From NCBI RefSeq assembly GCF_009914755.1, contig NC_060946.1: a stretch of 64,000 nt of DNA. One strand, given 5' to 3'. Positions 1 through 21,753 of this stretch are shown one piece after another. This DNA is from the human T2T-CHM13v2.0 reference genome, Homo sapiens. Below the pieces are notes generated by a model. It had not been told where the DNA came from, did not search any database, and saw nothing but the letters and a program-made list of their open reading frames with translations. The first letter of the stretch is position 1, and each line of letters opens with the position of its first letter. The translations under genes were made by a program, and so were the position numbers.

Positions 1-59
1 AAACAAACAAACAAAAAAAAAACCAAAAAAACCCACAAAACAACAACAAAAAAATTAAA

Positions 60-272
60 CTGGGCACAAAGAGAGGAACAACCGACACCAGGGCCTACTT
101 GAGGGTGGAGGGTGGGAGCAGGGTGAGGATGGAAAAGCTACCCGTCAGGTACTGTGCTTGCCACCTGGCTGATGAAAACATCTGTGTAGGAAACCCCAGC
201 CACATACGATTTACCCACGCAACAAACCTGCACATGCACCCCCTGAACCTAGAATAAATGTTGAAAAAGAAA
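60..272 (+). mobile_element. L1 (L1P-type) 3' UTR end
   Basis: gcctacttgagggtggagggtgggag...aacaaacctgcacatgcaccccctgaacctagaataaa followed by an A-rich tail. Confidence 0.8.
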
Positions 273-280
273 ACAAACAA

Positions 281-423
281 ACTATAAACTAAATTTCTCC
301 CAGGGTTAGTTTGGCCTACGCCCAGGAATGCCTAAGGCCAGCCAGCCCGTGAGGCTGGAAGCAGGATGGAGTCAGCTGCGCTAGACTTATCTGGCCGTCA
401 TAATCTTTGCAAAGGTGATGTCA
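281..423 (-). mobile_element. ERV1 LTR fragment (LTR8/MER4-group like)
   Basis: ctataaactaaattt...ggcctacgcccaggaatg...gatggagtcag...ctttgcaaaggtg matches the reverse complement of the LTR8-type 5' end. Confidence 0.6.
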
Positions 424-666
424 GTCGGGCTTCCTCGCAGCACGGTATTTGGGTTCCGAGAAAGGAAGTGGAAACTTCCTGTTCTCTTAATGGTCAGGCC
501 CCGAGTGGCACATCCTTACTTCTGCCACTGTGCCAGGTCCAGGCTGGACCCAGGGAATTCGATGTAAGTTCCATGTTGTTCTGTGGTGAGCAGGTCTGTG
601 CAAACCTACTCCCAAAGGCCCAGGAAGCTGAGAGATTCAAAGAAAGCCTCAAAGAAAGAGGCTGCC

Positions 667-1016
<350 letters not shown>

Positions 1017-1250
1017 TTACTAAAGACTTACACACAGAAGCCATGTCTCAGGAGGCCACGAGATTAGATGGATCCCTGTGCCCCTACCCCCAAGACCCAG
1101 GGCTTTAAATACCATGGAGAAATTGTATACATACTTTAGAAGAAGTTTGTAAGACAATTGAAGTAATTTGACTAAGGGCAGGATAATGTTGTTTTGACCT
1201 ACGGGCAGGATTTACACTACGTGCACACTCTTTTTTTTAGACAGGTTGTT

Positions 1251-5064
<3,814 letters not shown>

Positions 5065-5586
5065 TGATCTTTTCTATCCTTCCTTCTTTCATGTGAACTC
5101 TTTTCCCTCGACCTCAGTTCTGACCTTCTGTAATTGAACTAGGAGATGGACTGCACTTAACGGAAAATAAAAAAGTAAGAAGCTCTGGGAATTTTCCTTT
5201 CAGTCTCTTGGGAAGTTGGGAGAGTTGATGACCATTTTGCAATGCCAAAAATCCAGTTTGTGAAATCCTGTTTTTTTTTCCCCTCTGTCAAAACAGAACA
5301 GAGTCATTTGGGGATTTTTATTGCCTCTCATTTTTTTTTAAGCCTTGTTTTCCCAGCGTGGCTGGGATGTTGAGTTTCCTGTTGAAGAAATATTTGGGTT
5401 GATTTGGCTCTGAGGCCTGTTAGGCAGGTGGGGGACTTCCCTGGGACAGGGAACAGGATGAGGGGGCTCAGAGGCTGGAGTTTACAAAAGTAGAGCTGAA
5501 GTTGGGAGGGGTTTCTGGGGCAGGAGTGGGTGGGGCTCAAGCCCAAACCCTGGAGAGGCTCGAGGCAGGGGCAGAAATGGAGGAGG

Positions 5587-6010
<424 letters not shown>

Positions 6011-6080
6011 TTAGTGTTGACACATATTTGTTGGATGGGTTTCAAGTTCAGACACAGATTTTGTCACAGTGGTCCCTAGT

Positions 6081-8770
6081 TGATATGGTTTGGCCCTGCG
6101 TCCCCACCCAGATCTCACCTTGAATTGTGATAATCCCCACATGTCAAGGGTGGGACTAGGTGGCAGTAATTGTATTATGGGACCAGTTTTCCCCTATGCT
6201 GTTTTCATGATAATGAGTGAGTCTCATGAGCTCTGATTGTTTTATAAGCGTTTGACATTTGCCCTGCTGGCACTCATTCTCTCTCCTGCCACCCTGTGAA
6301 GAGGTGCCTTCTGTTAAGATTCTAAGTTTCCTGAGGCCTCCCTAGCTATGTGAAACTGTGAGTCAATTAAACCTCTTTATAAACTAACCAGTCTTGGCCA
6401 GGTGCAGTGGCTTATGCCTGTAAGCCCACCACTTTGGGAGGCCAGGGTGGGTGGATCACTTGAGTCAGGAGTTCGAGACCAGCCTGGTCAACATGGCGAA
6501 ACCTCATCTCTACTAAAATACAAAAATTGGCCAGGTGTGGTGGCAGGTGCTTGTAACTCCAGGTACTCATGAGGCTGAGGTAGGAGAATTGTTTAAACCT
6601 GGAGGTAGAGGTTGCAGTGAGCCAAGATCGCACCACTGCATTCCAGCCTGGGTGACAGAGCGAGACTCCCTCTCAAAAACAAACAAACAAACAAACAAAC
6701 AAACAAAACAAAACCCAGTGTCTTGGGTATTTCTTCATAGCAGAATGAGAACAGACCAGTAAATTGGTAGCAGGAGTTGGGTGCTGCTATAAGCATAACT
6801 GAAAATGCGGAAGCAACTTTGGAACTGGGTAACAGGCAGAGGTTGGAACGGTTTGGAGGGCTCAGAAGAAGACAGGAAAATGTGGAAAAGTTTCGAACTT
6901 CCTAGAGACTTGGAGGGCTCAAAAGACAGGAAGATGTGGGAATGTTTGGAACTTCCTAGAGACTTGTTGAATGCCTTTGCCCAAAATGCTGATTGTGGTA
7001 TGAACAATGAAGTCCAGGCTGAAGTGATCTCAGGTGGAGATGAAGAACTTGTTGGGAACTCGGGTAAAGGTCATTCTTGCTATGCTTTAGCAAAGGGATT
7101 GGCAGCATTTTGCCCCTGCCCTAGAGATCTGTGGAACTTTGAACTTGAGAAAGATGATTTGGGGTATCTGGCAGAAGAAGCTTCTAAGCGGCAAAGTGTT
7201 CAAGAGGAAGCAGAGCATAAAAGTTCAGGAAATTTGCAGCCTGACAATGCGATAGAAAAGAAAAAGCCATTTTCTGGGGAGAAATTCAAGCTGCCTACAG
7301 AAATTTGCCTAATGAAGAGCTGAATGTTAACCACCAAGACAATGGGGAAAATGTCTCCAGGGCATGTGAGAGACCTTCACGGCTGCCCCTCTCATCACAG
7401 GACCTGAGGCCTAGGAGAGAAAAATGGATTCCTGGGCTGGGCCCAGGGTCCCACTGCTCTATGCCACCTTGGGACATAGTGCCCTGTGTCCCAGCTGTTT
7501 CAGCTCCTGCCATGGCTAAAAGGAGCCAAGGTCAGGTCAGGCCATTGCTTCAGAGGGTGCAAGCCCCAAGCCTTGGTGGCGTACACGAAGTGTTGGGCCT
7601 GCAGGTACACAGAAGTCAAGAATTGAGGTTGGAGAACCTCTGCCTAGATTTCAGAGGATGTATAGAAATGCCTGGATGTCCAGGCAGAAGTTTGTTGCAG
7701 GGGCAGAGCCCTCATGGAGAACCTCTGCCAGGGCAGTGCAGAAGGGAAATGTAGGATTGGAGCCACCACACGGAGTCCCCACTGGGGCACTGTATAGAGC
7801 AGCTGTGAGAAGAGGGCCACCATCCTCCAGACCCCAAAACAGTAGATACACCAACAGCTTGCACTGTGTGCCTGAAAAAGTCACAAACACTCAACACTAA
7901 CCTGTGAAAGCAGCCAGGAAGAGGAGCTATATGCCACAAAGACACAGGGGTAGAGCGGCCCAAGGCCATGGGAGCCCACCTCTTGCATCAGCATGACCTG
8001 GATGCAAGACATGGAGTCAAAGATCATTTTGGAACTTAAAGGTTCAGTGACTTCCCTATTGAATTTCAGACTTCCATGGGGCCTATAGCCCCTTTATTTT
8101 GGCCAGCTTCTCCCATTTGAATGGGTGAATTTACCCAATGCCTGTACCTGCATTGTGTCAGGAAGGAAATAACTAACCTGCTTTTGATTTTACAGGCTCA
8201 TAGGCAGAAGGGACTTGCCTTGTCTCAGATGAGGCTTTGGACTTGGAGTTTTGGGTTAGTATTGGAGTATGTTTAGATTCTGGGGGACTGTTGTAAGGGC
8301 ATGATTGTGTCTTGAAATGTGAGGAGATGAGATCTGGGAGGAGCTAGAGGCAGAATGATATGGTTTGGCTCTGTATCCCCACTCAAATCTCACCTTGAAT
8401 TGTAATAATCCCCACATGTCAAGGGCGGGACCACGTGGAAGTAACTGGATCATGGAGGGCGGTTTCTCCCATGCTGTTCTCATGATAATGAGTGTGTCTT
8501 ATGAGATCTGATGGTTTTATGTGTCTGGCATTTCCCCTGCTAGTGCTCATTCTCTCTCCTGCCGCCTTGTGAAGGGGTGCCTTCTGCCATGGTTGTAAGT
8601 TTCCTGAGGCCTCTCCAGCCATGCAGAACTGTGAGTCAATTAAACCTCTTTTCTTTATAAATTACCCAGTCTCGTGGATGGCTGTACCACCCTGAATACG
8701 CACAATCTCATCTGATAAATTACCCAGTCTAGGGTATTTCTTCATAGCAGTGTGAAAATGGAGTAATACA
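6081..8770 (+). mobile_element. Near full-length THE1 (C/D-like) MaLR: 5' LTR 6081-~6758 (split by Alu 6396-6713), internal ~6759-8355, 3' LTR 8356-8770
   Basis: Both LTRs start TGATATGGTTTGG and the 3' LTR ends taataca. The internal region has the typical ggaagcaactttggaactgggtaacaggcagagg. Confidence 0.9.
8674..8716 (+). pseudogene. 3'-truncated (tailless) 5S rRNA retrocopy, nt ~1-43
   Basis: 32/42 identity to the 5' end of human 5S rRNA by manual alignment; flanked by the 16-bp direct repeat ATAAATTACCCAGTCT. Confidence 0.8.
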
Positions 8771-9694
8771 CTGACCTTACCTCACACTTCCCATCTCATT
8801 ATTATTATTTTAATTTAGTTATGGTAAAACAAGCCTGGTGCAGTGGTTCGCTTCTGTAATTTCTACACTTTGAGAGGCTGATGCCAGAGGATTGGTTGAG
8901 GCCAGGAGTTAGAGACCAGCCTCAGCAACATAGCAAGACCCTCTCTCTATTAAAAAATAATAAGACCGGGTGCAGCGGCTCATGCCTGAATTTCAGCACT
9001 CTGGGAGGCATTTTGAGCCACTGCACTCCAGCCTGGGTAACAGAGCGAGACCCTGGCTCAAAACACAAAAAAATTGTGGTAAAATATACACAAGATAAAA
9101 ATCGATCCTTCTGGCCATGTGTAAGTGTACAGTTCAGGAGTGTTCAGTGCATTCACATTGTTGTGGGGAGTCATGCTCTTTATTTTGAATATTACCCTGC
9201 AGGGTTGTGGAGATGTGCATTTCTTGTTTCTCACTGAGCCTTCACTGTGATCAATCCCTGTTGTTTCCTCCCAGACTCAAATAGAATGAACGCCCCCTGA
9301 TATTTTAGCCTGGAGGGGATCACATTTGGGGACTTTAGACCAAGCTGGGGTCAAAGGTGATGTTCCACCACCCTTTGCCTTCAGCCCCCAGCCTGGCTCA
9401 GCAGCACAGGAGAGGACTGCTGGGTGGGCTTCCTCCATGACCTAGTGGAGGATCTTCCAGGGCAGAGTAGGCCCTTATTGTCTCTGAGATACCCCTCCAC
9501 CCAGAAACAGCTGGTCCAGCAGCATGGTGGTGGCATGACCTCCTGAAGGCTCAGGTACAACCCCAGTTGGGAGGAAACACGCTGAAAAGATGAGGCTCTG
9601 TCTTGTAGGATACAGTGTGTGGTGACTCAGAGACCCGCACATTCCATGACAGAACACACAGCCAGGAATCATGACTGCACCGAGTCATCACCCA

Positions 9695-9860
9695 CAGAAT
9701 TGTCATTTCCGGTTCCTGAAACTTGGAGCTCTGCTGGGGTAAAGGTCTTGGTCCCCAAGAGAGGAGTGTTTCTACCAGCAGACAACAATGGTTCCACTTA
9801 GTCAGAAGCTGAGATTGCCACCTGGCCATGTTAGGCTCCTTATCCACTGAACCAAAAACG
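9695..9860 (+). mobile_element. ERVL internal fragment (dUTPase region)
   Basis: Translates as PVPETWSSAGVKVLVPKRGVFLPAD, then a frameshift to MVPLSQKLRLPPGHVRLL. Similar to the HERV-L dUTPase stretch SAGLEVLVP...KLRLPPGHFGLL as recalled. Confidence 0.7.
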
Positions 9861-10085
9861 CATGCACACACACGCAAAAGAAAATAATGCACGCACACAC
9901 ACAAACGTATACGTATTTTACACATACATACATACATTTCTTCCTTTCCTCCTCCTCACTCTTCTCCCCTCCTGTCTAACTTCCTATTGTCTTCTCCTCT
10001 CTTCCTCCTTCCCCTGATTTATTTCAGCATTGATGTTGGTGATTAAGTTTAAAATGTATTATATAAATATTTTATATATATTTAA

Positions 10086-11060
<975 letters not shown>

Positions 11061-11399
11061 AAAATGTATTCTTTAGATTGCAGAACACACAGGTGAGGTT
11101 GTGGTTGACTTGGAAGAGTAATTAACCTTTCCCAGAGATGGACACAGTGATCCTTTGGACTTTGTGTCTCCTCTGGGGGAAGGGAGTGAAAGTATCTTTC
11201 TAGGAAGAGAAGGTCCATCACTCGAAGCAGAAGGATGACATGCTTGTTGCTGTTGATGGAGGTGCACCTGTGTTAGTGGGGCCGCCCATGCTATGGGGCT
11301 GGGCTCCCGGCCCCCTGCTTGGGTGGGAGCCTCTGCACACTGCGTGTCTCCTTTGCCATCTGGCAGCCTGTTGTGCTCTGCCAACAGGAGAGACTAGAG

Positions 11400-12190
<791 letters not shown>

Positions 12191-13915
12191 ATGGAGACGA
12201 TGCTTCATCCATTCATTCCTTCACTCATTCATTTAGCAGTCACCTGACACTTCCTTTGTGCCAGGTCCCAGGCAGGGCGATGCTGGCAGCTCACAGATAA
12301 ATCAGACACAGTTCTTATCCTGGAGGAGCTCGGTCTGATGGGGGAGATGCTTACAGGCAAAACAGAGCAGCAAGTGCAGTGCAGGGGGATTCGGGGCCGT
12401 GTCCACCGGTCAGCATGGGATCCCCGTCCAGCCCAGGGCCTCTAGACAACCCTCCCTGAGGATTCACACTCTCCATCCCTGGGAGCTGCTGTGGGCTGGG
12501 GACAGATGGGAGTTGCATCAGTGCAGCCAGGGGTGAGGGGGGCTCTCTGGGGGCTGTTGAGGCCATTCTGCTCAAACCAGCTCATGACAAGCTTATGGGA
12601 TCCAGATGCCTCCGCTGGCTCCAGCGCCTGCAGAGCCCGGGCCAGGCCTCTCAGAGCAGCCAGGGAGGCCGAGCCAGGCACTGGGCATTGTTGCCAGCAG
12701 CAGGGCGAGCTAGGGGAACTTACTCCCCAGGGCTTCACTCTGCCTGGATGCCCACATTACACTCAAGTTTCTTGGCTTCTAACAGTCTGCACTTTCCCTG
12801 ACAAAATGGACCTGACTGTAGCTTGCATGTGACTGTGTGGAAAGAGGGGTGGTCTTGTGGCCCTGCCTGCATTTCCCCATTAGCAAGTTGGCCCTTCTTG
12901 GTTTATCTGAGGGAGGGTGGAGCACAACATAAGCCCAGGCTTGGGTCAGACAGATCTGGACTGTGGCCCTGTCTCCTAGGAGCTGTGAACTTCGGGCAAG
13001 GCCTCCAACTTCTCAGGGCCTTGGAGTTCTCCTGGGTCACACGGGGCTCATGTCTGCCTTTCAGAGTTCTGTGCAGAAGAGGGAGAGGGAGTGCTTTGTG
13101 AAAGGTAAAATCCTGTAGCCGGTGAAAGGGGTTATTCTACAACCTGGTCTTGTCCTTGAGATGCTTGCAGCCTGCAGGGAGACAGAGGTGCTCTATGGAC
13201 AGAGGGCCTAGGATAGAGGACAGAAGAGGACCATAGGGCCAGGCTGGAGGTGGGAGTCATTCTGGGCTCAAGATTGAGCTGCTGCCACTGTTCTGGATGG
13301 CAGGAGCTGAAGATGCCCTAGACACAGCTGTGTGACTCTGAAAATACACTTGCCCTCTCTGGGCACTCCTCTTTGGCAAAATGACAATCATGATACCCAT
13401 GTCAGAGGGCTGGGTGAGGTAGCACGTGGTGGGCACTTTCCCCTGGACCATGCCTGCCACCCAGGGACATCACATGGGCCTCCACTGCCCCTGGACTTTG
13501 GGATGTGGCCTCCTGGCATGGATGCCCTCTCGTGGCTCTGCGGGCTGCACCTGGACCATTCCTCCCAAGCCCTGACACAGGCAGCTTCCAAGGTAGCTGG
13601 GTCCAAACCCCCAATCCCAGATCCCACCCATGCGTCACAAAGGGCCTGTGGCCACATTCCAGCTCTTACCCCAAGACCCCTGAAGATCTTCATCCAATCA
13701 GGAATTCTAGGGCCAGAAACTGGGCAAAGGCTCCCCGGTTCCCTGCCCAGCTTTGCAGATGGAGAAACTGAGGCTCCAAGAAGATGTAACTTGCTCAGAT
13801 CTCACAGGGAGTTTGTGGCCGGTTCTATCAGCTGCTAGAAAAACATTCTGTCCATGACACTGCAGGGCAGCCCTCCAAGGGATCTCTCAAGTGTGGTTTA
13901 CACATCCTCAATTAA

Positions 13916-14843
<928 letters not shown>

Positions 14844-15997
14844 GGCCCTGAGGTCTTTAGGGCAACATCAGAGGGGTGTGAGTGGCCAGGAGAAGGCCTG
14901 GGGTTTGTGCAGGTCCCTCAGCCTCTGGGGACGTGAGTTTCTCATTTATTCATCCCTCAGTAAGCAGGCATGTCCTGTCCAACCCTGGATTGGGCTGGGG
15001 CCAAGAGGGAACCCCACCCTGGGCTCCAGGAGGAGTACATGGTCTCATGGCATAGACAAATGGGGTCTCCTATACCACAGGAAAGGACAGCAAGGCCAGA
15101 GAAGAAAAAGCTCCCTCACCCCACAGAGCACAGATGGACAAAAGCCCCTGCTCCTAGGCCCAGCTGTGCCTGCAGGGTGCAGTCGGCCTGCATCTGTCCC
15201 AGATCTCCTTGAACTCTGGCCTGGCCTCTGCTCTGAGGGTATGGGCGGGGCTGGCAGAGACCTGGCAGAGCCTTCATCATCCCCTGCCAGTGCCCCCTCC
15301 CCCAGGGCCCCTGTAAGGCTCCCCTGATCCCTCCCAGCTGCCTTCTATAAATAGGTGGGTGTGGCCACTTGCCTTTGTCCCAGACCAGGGTGCCTGGCGC
15401 TGCTGACACAGGGGGCTCTGAGGGCCCCAGCTTTTGGTTCTCTTTCCTGAGGCCACGTGTCAGCAGCAGCTCCAGAACTTCTCCATGCTACCCTGCTCAC
15501 TCCTTGGATGCTGCTGGCTCTGGTCCTCTCCCCATCTCCCCCAGGCCCTCCTCCAGAACCCACTCTCTGGGGGCAGGCAGCCCCTAGAATGGGTGCTCAG
15601 GTTCCATGCTCCTCATTCAGCTGCCTCACCCAGAACCAGCCCTCCTTCCTACGGCACCACTTCCCATCACCTTAAGGTCATCTTCTCAATCTGGGTCCCC
15701 GGGAGCCACATCTCTGGGGGGCCCCTCACATTCAGTCTCAGCTGCGTGTCTCATCTGCTCATCCTCCCATCTCTCCAGCCACTTGGCCAGAAGCCAGGCT
15801 GCACCCTAAATCCCCAACATCCAGCCCTGTTCCCTGGCCCAAGTGCCTCTCCAACTGCCCTCTCCTCCACCCTCACGGCCTCTGTCTTGTTGTTCATGTA
15901 AATGTTCTTGAAGTCCACAAACTCTAAATCTAAAATCGGTGAATTTTCACCAAATTACACACCACTTAACCAGCACCAGATCAAGAAACAATAACCA

Positions 15998-16515
<518 letters not shown>

Positions 16516-16553
16516 CTCAGCCCAGCCTCTTAATGCAACTATGTAAATGGGCC

Positions 16554-16607
16554 AGGATCCAGCTGGCCAGAAATAAGAGTAGGATCCAGCTGGCCAGAAA
16601 TAAGAGT
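16554..16607. repeat. Perfect 27-bp tandem duplication
   Basis: AGGATCCAGCTGGCCAGAAATAAGAGT x2. Confidence 0.95.
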
Positions 16608-17776
16608 AGCATCCTGGAGAACACAGAGGCAGTGAGGACAGGCACAGGCAGGGCAGAGGTAACAGCAGAAAGGCTGCAAGGCCAGAAGATGCCCGCTGCC
16701 ACCACACCACCCGGCCAGGTGAGGACCCCAGCCTCTGCCCATCACAGTGCTGTGTTCTTGCACCTCTGGGCTGGGAGCAATGGGTCTAAGGCCCGGGGCA
16801 GGGCAGGGGTCCCAAAGATCCTCCGTTCCTGCCTCCTGGCCACCGACCCCTGGCCAGAGTTGTGCATCTCCTCTTTTGCAAAGAGATGGGTGGTGCCCCC
16901 TCCCAGCATGGTTGTAATGATCAAATGAGCCAGCCCAGCCCCTGGCACAGAACACATTTTCTACGACACAGAGTGGTGTTATCACACCTCCACTTTCCAC
17001 ACAGAGAAAGAGGCTCAGCAAGTAGGTGGCGGTGCTGGGATTTGAACCCAGACCTTCACTGTTCTGTGCACAGGGTAGGAAGGAGGCTGGCTGGGGAGCC
17101 GAGAAGGGGTCCAGTGCCTGCCTCGGGGGGCAGCTACCACTCTTCACCTCCCTGCGCCAACAGCCACAGACCAGAGTCTAATGTCCCCTTCCGAGCCCCC
17201 ACAGCTACCGGAGGAGTCTGGCTCCTGCCCTCTGCCTTGGGGGATTCCAGAGGGACCTTGCACTTTGTCCTGCCCCTGCCTAACAGAGCCGGCTGTCGCC
17301 TGAGGCCCTGGTTTCCTCAGGCTGCCCCCGCCTCAGGAGCAGGAGCTGGAACAGTTGTTGGGCAACGGAGTTCTGGGAAAGGAGGAGGGAGGGGCGCTCG
17401 CTCTGGTGGAAACCTGCCCTGGGGAAATGTAATCAGATCCTCAGAGCAGCGGTTTGTTCCTGGCTTGTTTCTAGTGGGTGTGTTCACAGACGTTTTTGGC
17501 CAGGACTGAGAAAGACGTGGACCTATCCTTTACTGGGGGAGCACTGCGTGGCCTGGGGCCGGTGTCCAGTCGGTTATTTAAGAATCTTCCCAGCTGGCCA
17601 GGCATAGGCAAGCAGGGAGTCGTTTTCCCAGCAGCTCTAGGGGAAGGAAAATAATTCCCCCTTGCTGGTGTATCAATATTCAACTTCTTGTTTAAATATT
17701 AAATTGTAATGTCCTCTGAGTGCCCAACAGAGATCGGGGATGAGTGAGCCCCCGTGTTCCTGGAAGTCTGGTTTCA

Positions 17777-20270
<2,494 letters not shown>

Positions 20271-20999
20271 AACCCAAGAAAACGACACATAACCTGCTCT
20301 TGAATACTCCTAAGAGCCAGGGAGCTCACCTCCTTCCCACGCTGCTCAAGACGGTCTGTGGGCAGAAAACGGAGGCCAATGAATGCCTCCCCCTTCAGCT
20401 GCCAAAAAGCAGCCTGCTGGGCCCCAGTGTTCCTGGCAGCACCCCCAGTCCTGGTGGGGAACGCCTAGGCAGCTTCCACAATGCAAACCAGCTGGGGTCT
20501 CACCCTGCGGGGAGCAGATATTCCTATGGCCCAGTCCTGGAGCCGCCCACAAGGCACTTCAGGTCCCTCCCGGGATTTCAGCCACAGGCCCTCACAGCTC
20601 CCTCACTGGGACCTCTCCCTGGATGGGTGGCAGCTCAGTCCTGCTCCGGCGGTGGGCTCCTCAGTGTCCACATTTGGTCCCATTTATGTTAAACAGATTC
20701 AGGCTTGTCATGGGGGGAGTTGTGCTGGTGGGACCCAACCTTCCGTGTTTGTGAGCCTTGAAAAAGGAGGAGGGAAAAACAGGCTCCCCCCATTCCCCAC
20801 TGCGGGGGCTCTCCATCACCAGGGACACTGGGGCTATGAGCCAGGTCCCGAGCCCTTCCGTGCTGGGCAGGTTGTGAGACCTTGGCAAAGTCACCACCAG
20901 TCCACCCAGTGGATTCCCCGTCAGAAGAATGGAGCAGAGGAGGCTGTGAGCCTGAACACACTTCACCAATCACAAGGCCCGAAGTGACAGTCGGTCACT

Positions 21000-21005
21000 T
21001 TTATT
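21000..21005 (-). terminator. A4GALT: A4GALT polyadenylation signal AATAAA
   Basis: TTTATT on + strand. On the minus strand it is followed by CA at 20986-20985 and a GU-rich downstream tract (ttgtgattggtgaagtgtgtt). Confidence 0.88.
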
Positions 21006-21753
21006 CTATTGATTATTCTCCTGTGTTTATAATGCGGGCGGCAGGGTGGGGGTTTCTTTAAAATGCTTCTCCTGAGCCTAAAGAGCCTCCCCACCCAGCC
21101 CCTGTCTGAGGGAAGGGGTAGAGCATACACGCCCCCCTGGCATCTCTGGAGAGGAAGAAGGATGGGGTGGGCAGAAGGGGCTGCCCCCAAACGGCTCCCC
21201 AGGCTGGCACTTCTGGGCCTCTGCCCCACTCAGTCCCTGTTGACCTCCCCCACCCCCCGCGAAAGAGGAACCAAAACCAGAAAAGAACAAAGCATCCTCC
21301 GCCCCGGACCCTTGGGGCTGGGTCTCCCCCAGCCCTGCCACTTTCCTACCAACAGCCTCCTCTCCTCTCTGGGAATCTTGTCCCTTCTTCCCCATCCCCT
21401 TAGCACCGGCCTCTGCCCTCGTGGGCACCTCTGTCCCAACTGCCTGGCTTTCCGCACCACCTGGGGGTGCCCTGAGGTTCATCCTTCCTGCCTGTTGTCT
21501 AGAAGGCCCGGGGCACTCACTGAGCGCCCTCCGCTGGCTATGGCACCATGTGTCAGCCCTGCCTCGAGACAGGACACTGTCCTCGGGGTGTCCACAGCCT
21601 CCCACTGGGCCTGCTCCCACAGCTCCTCAACAGCCTGCCTAAGCCCGGTGGCAGCTCGGGCCTCCCTCTCCCGGGCCCTCAATCTTGCCTCCCCGGGAAG
21701 GGCGGCCCAGTGCCCCATCAGGAGCAGGTTGGGGAGGTGACCTGGCGGGCCCC

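Noticed and set aside
6805-7323. 172-aa ORF with a duplicated LEGS..DRKMW..ELPRD motif
   Set aside because: Remnant of the THE1/MaLR internal ORF with an in-frame internal duplication, disrupted downstream; not a host gene.
6076-8775. 5-bp TSD for the THE1 element
   Set aside because: Flanks CTAGT and CTGAC match only partially, so no TSD is claimed.
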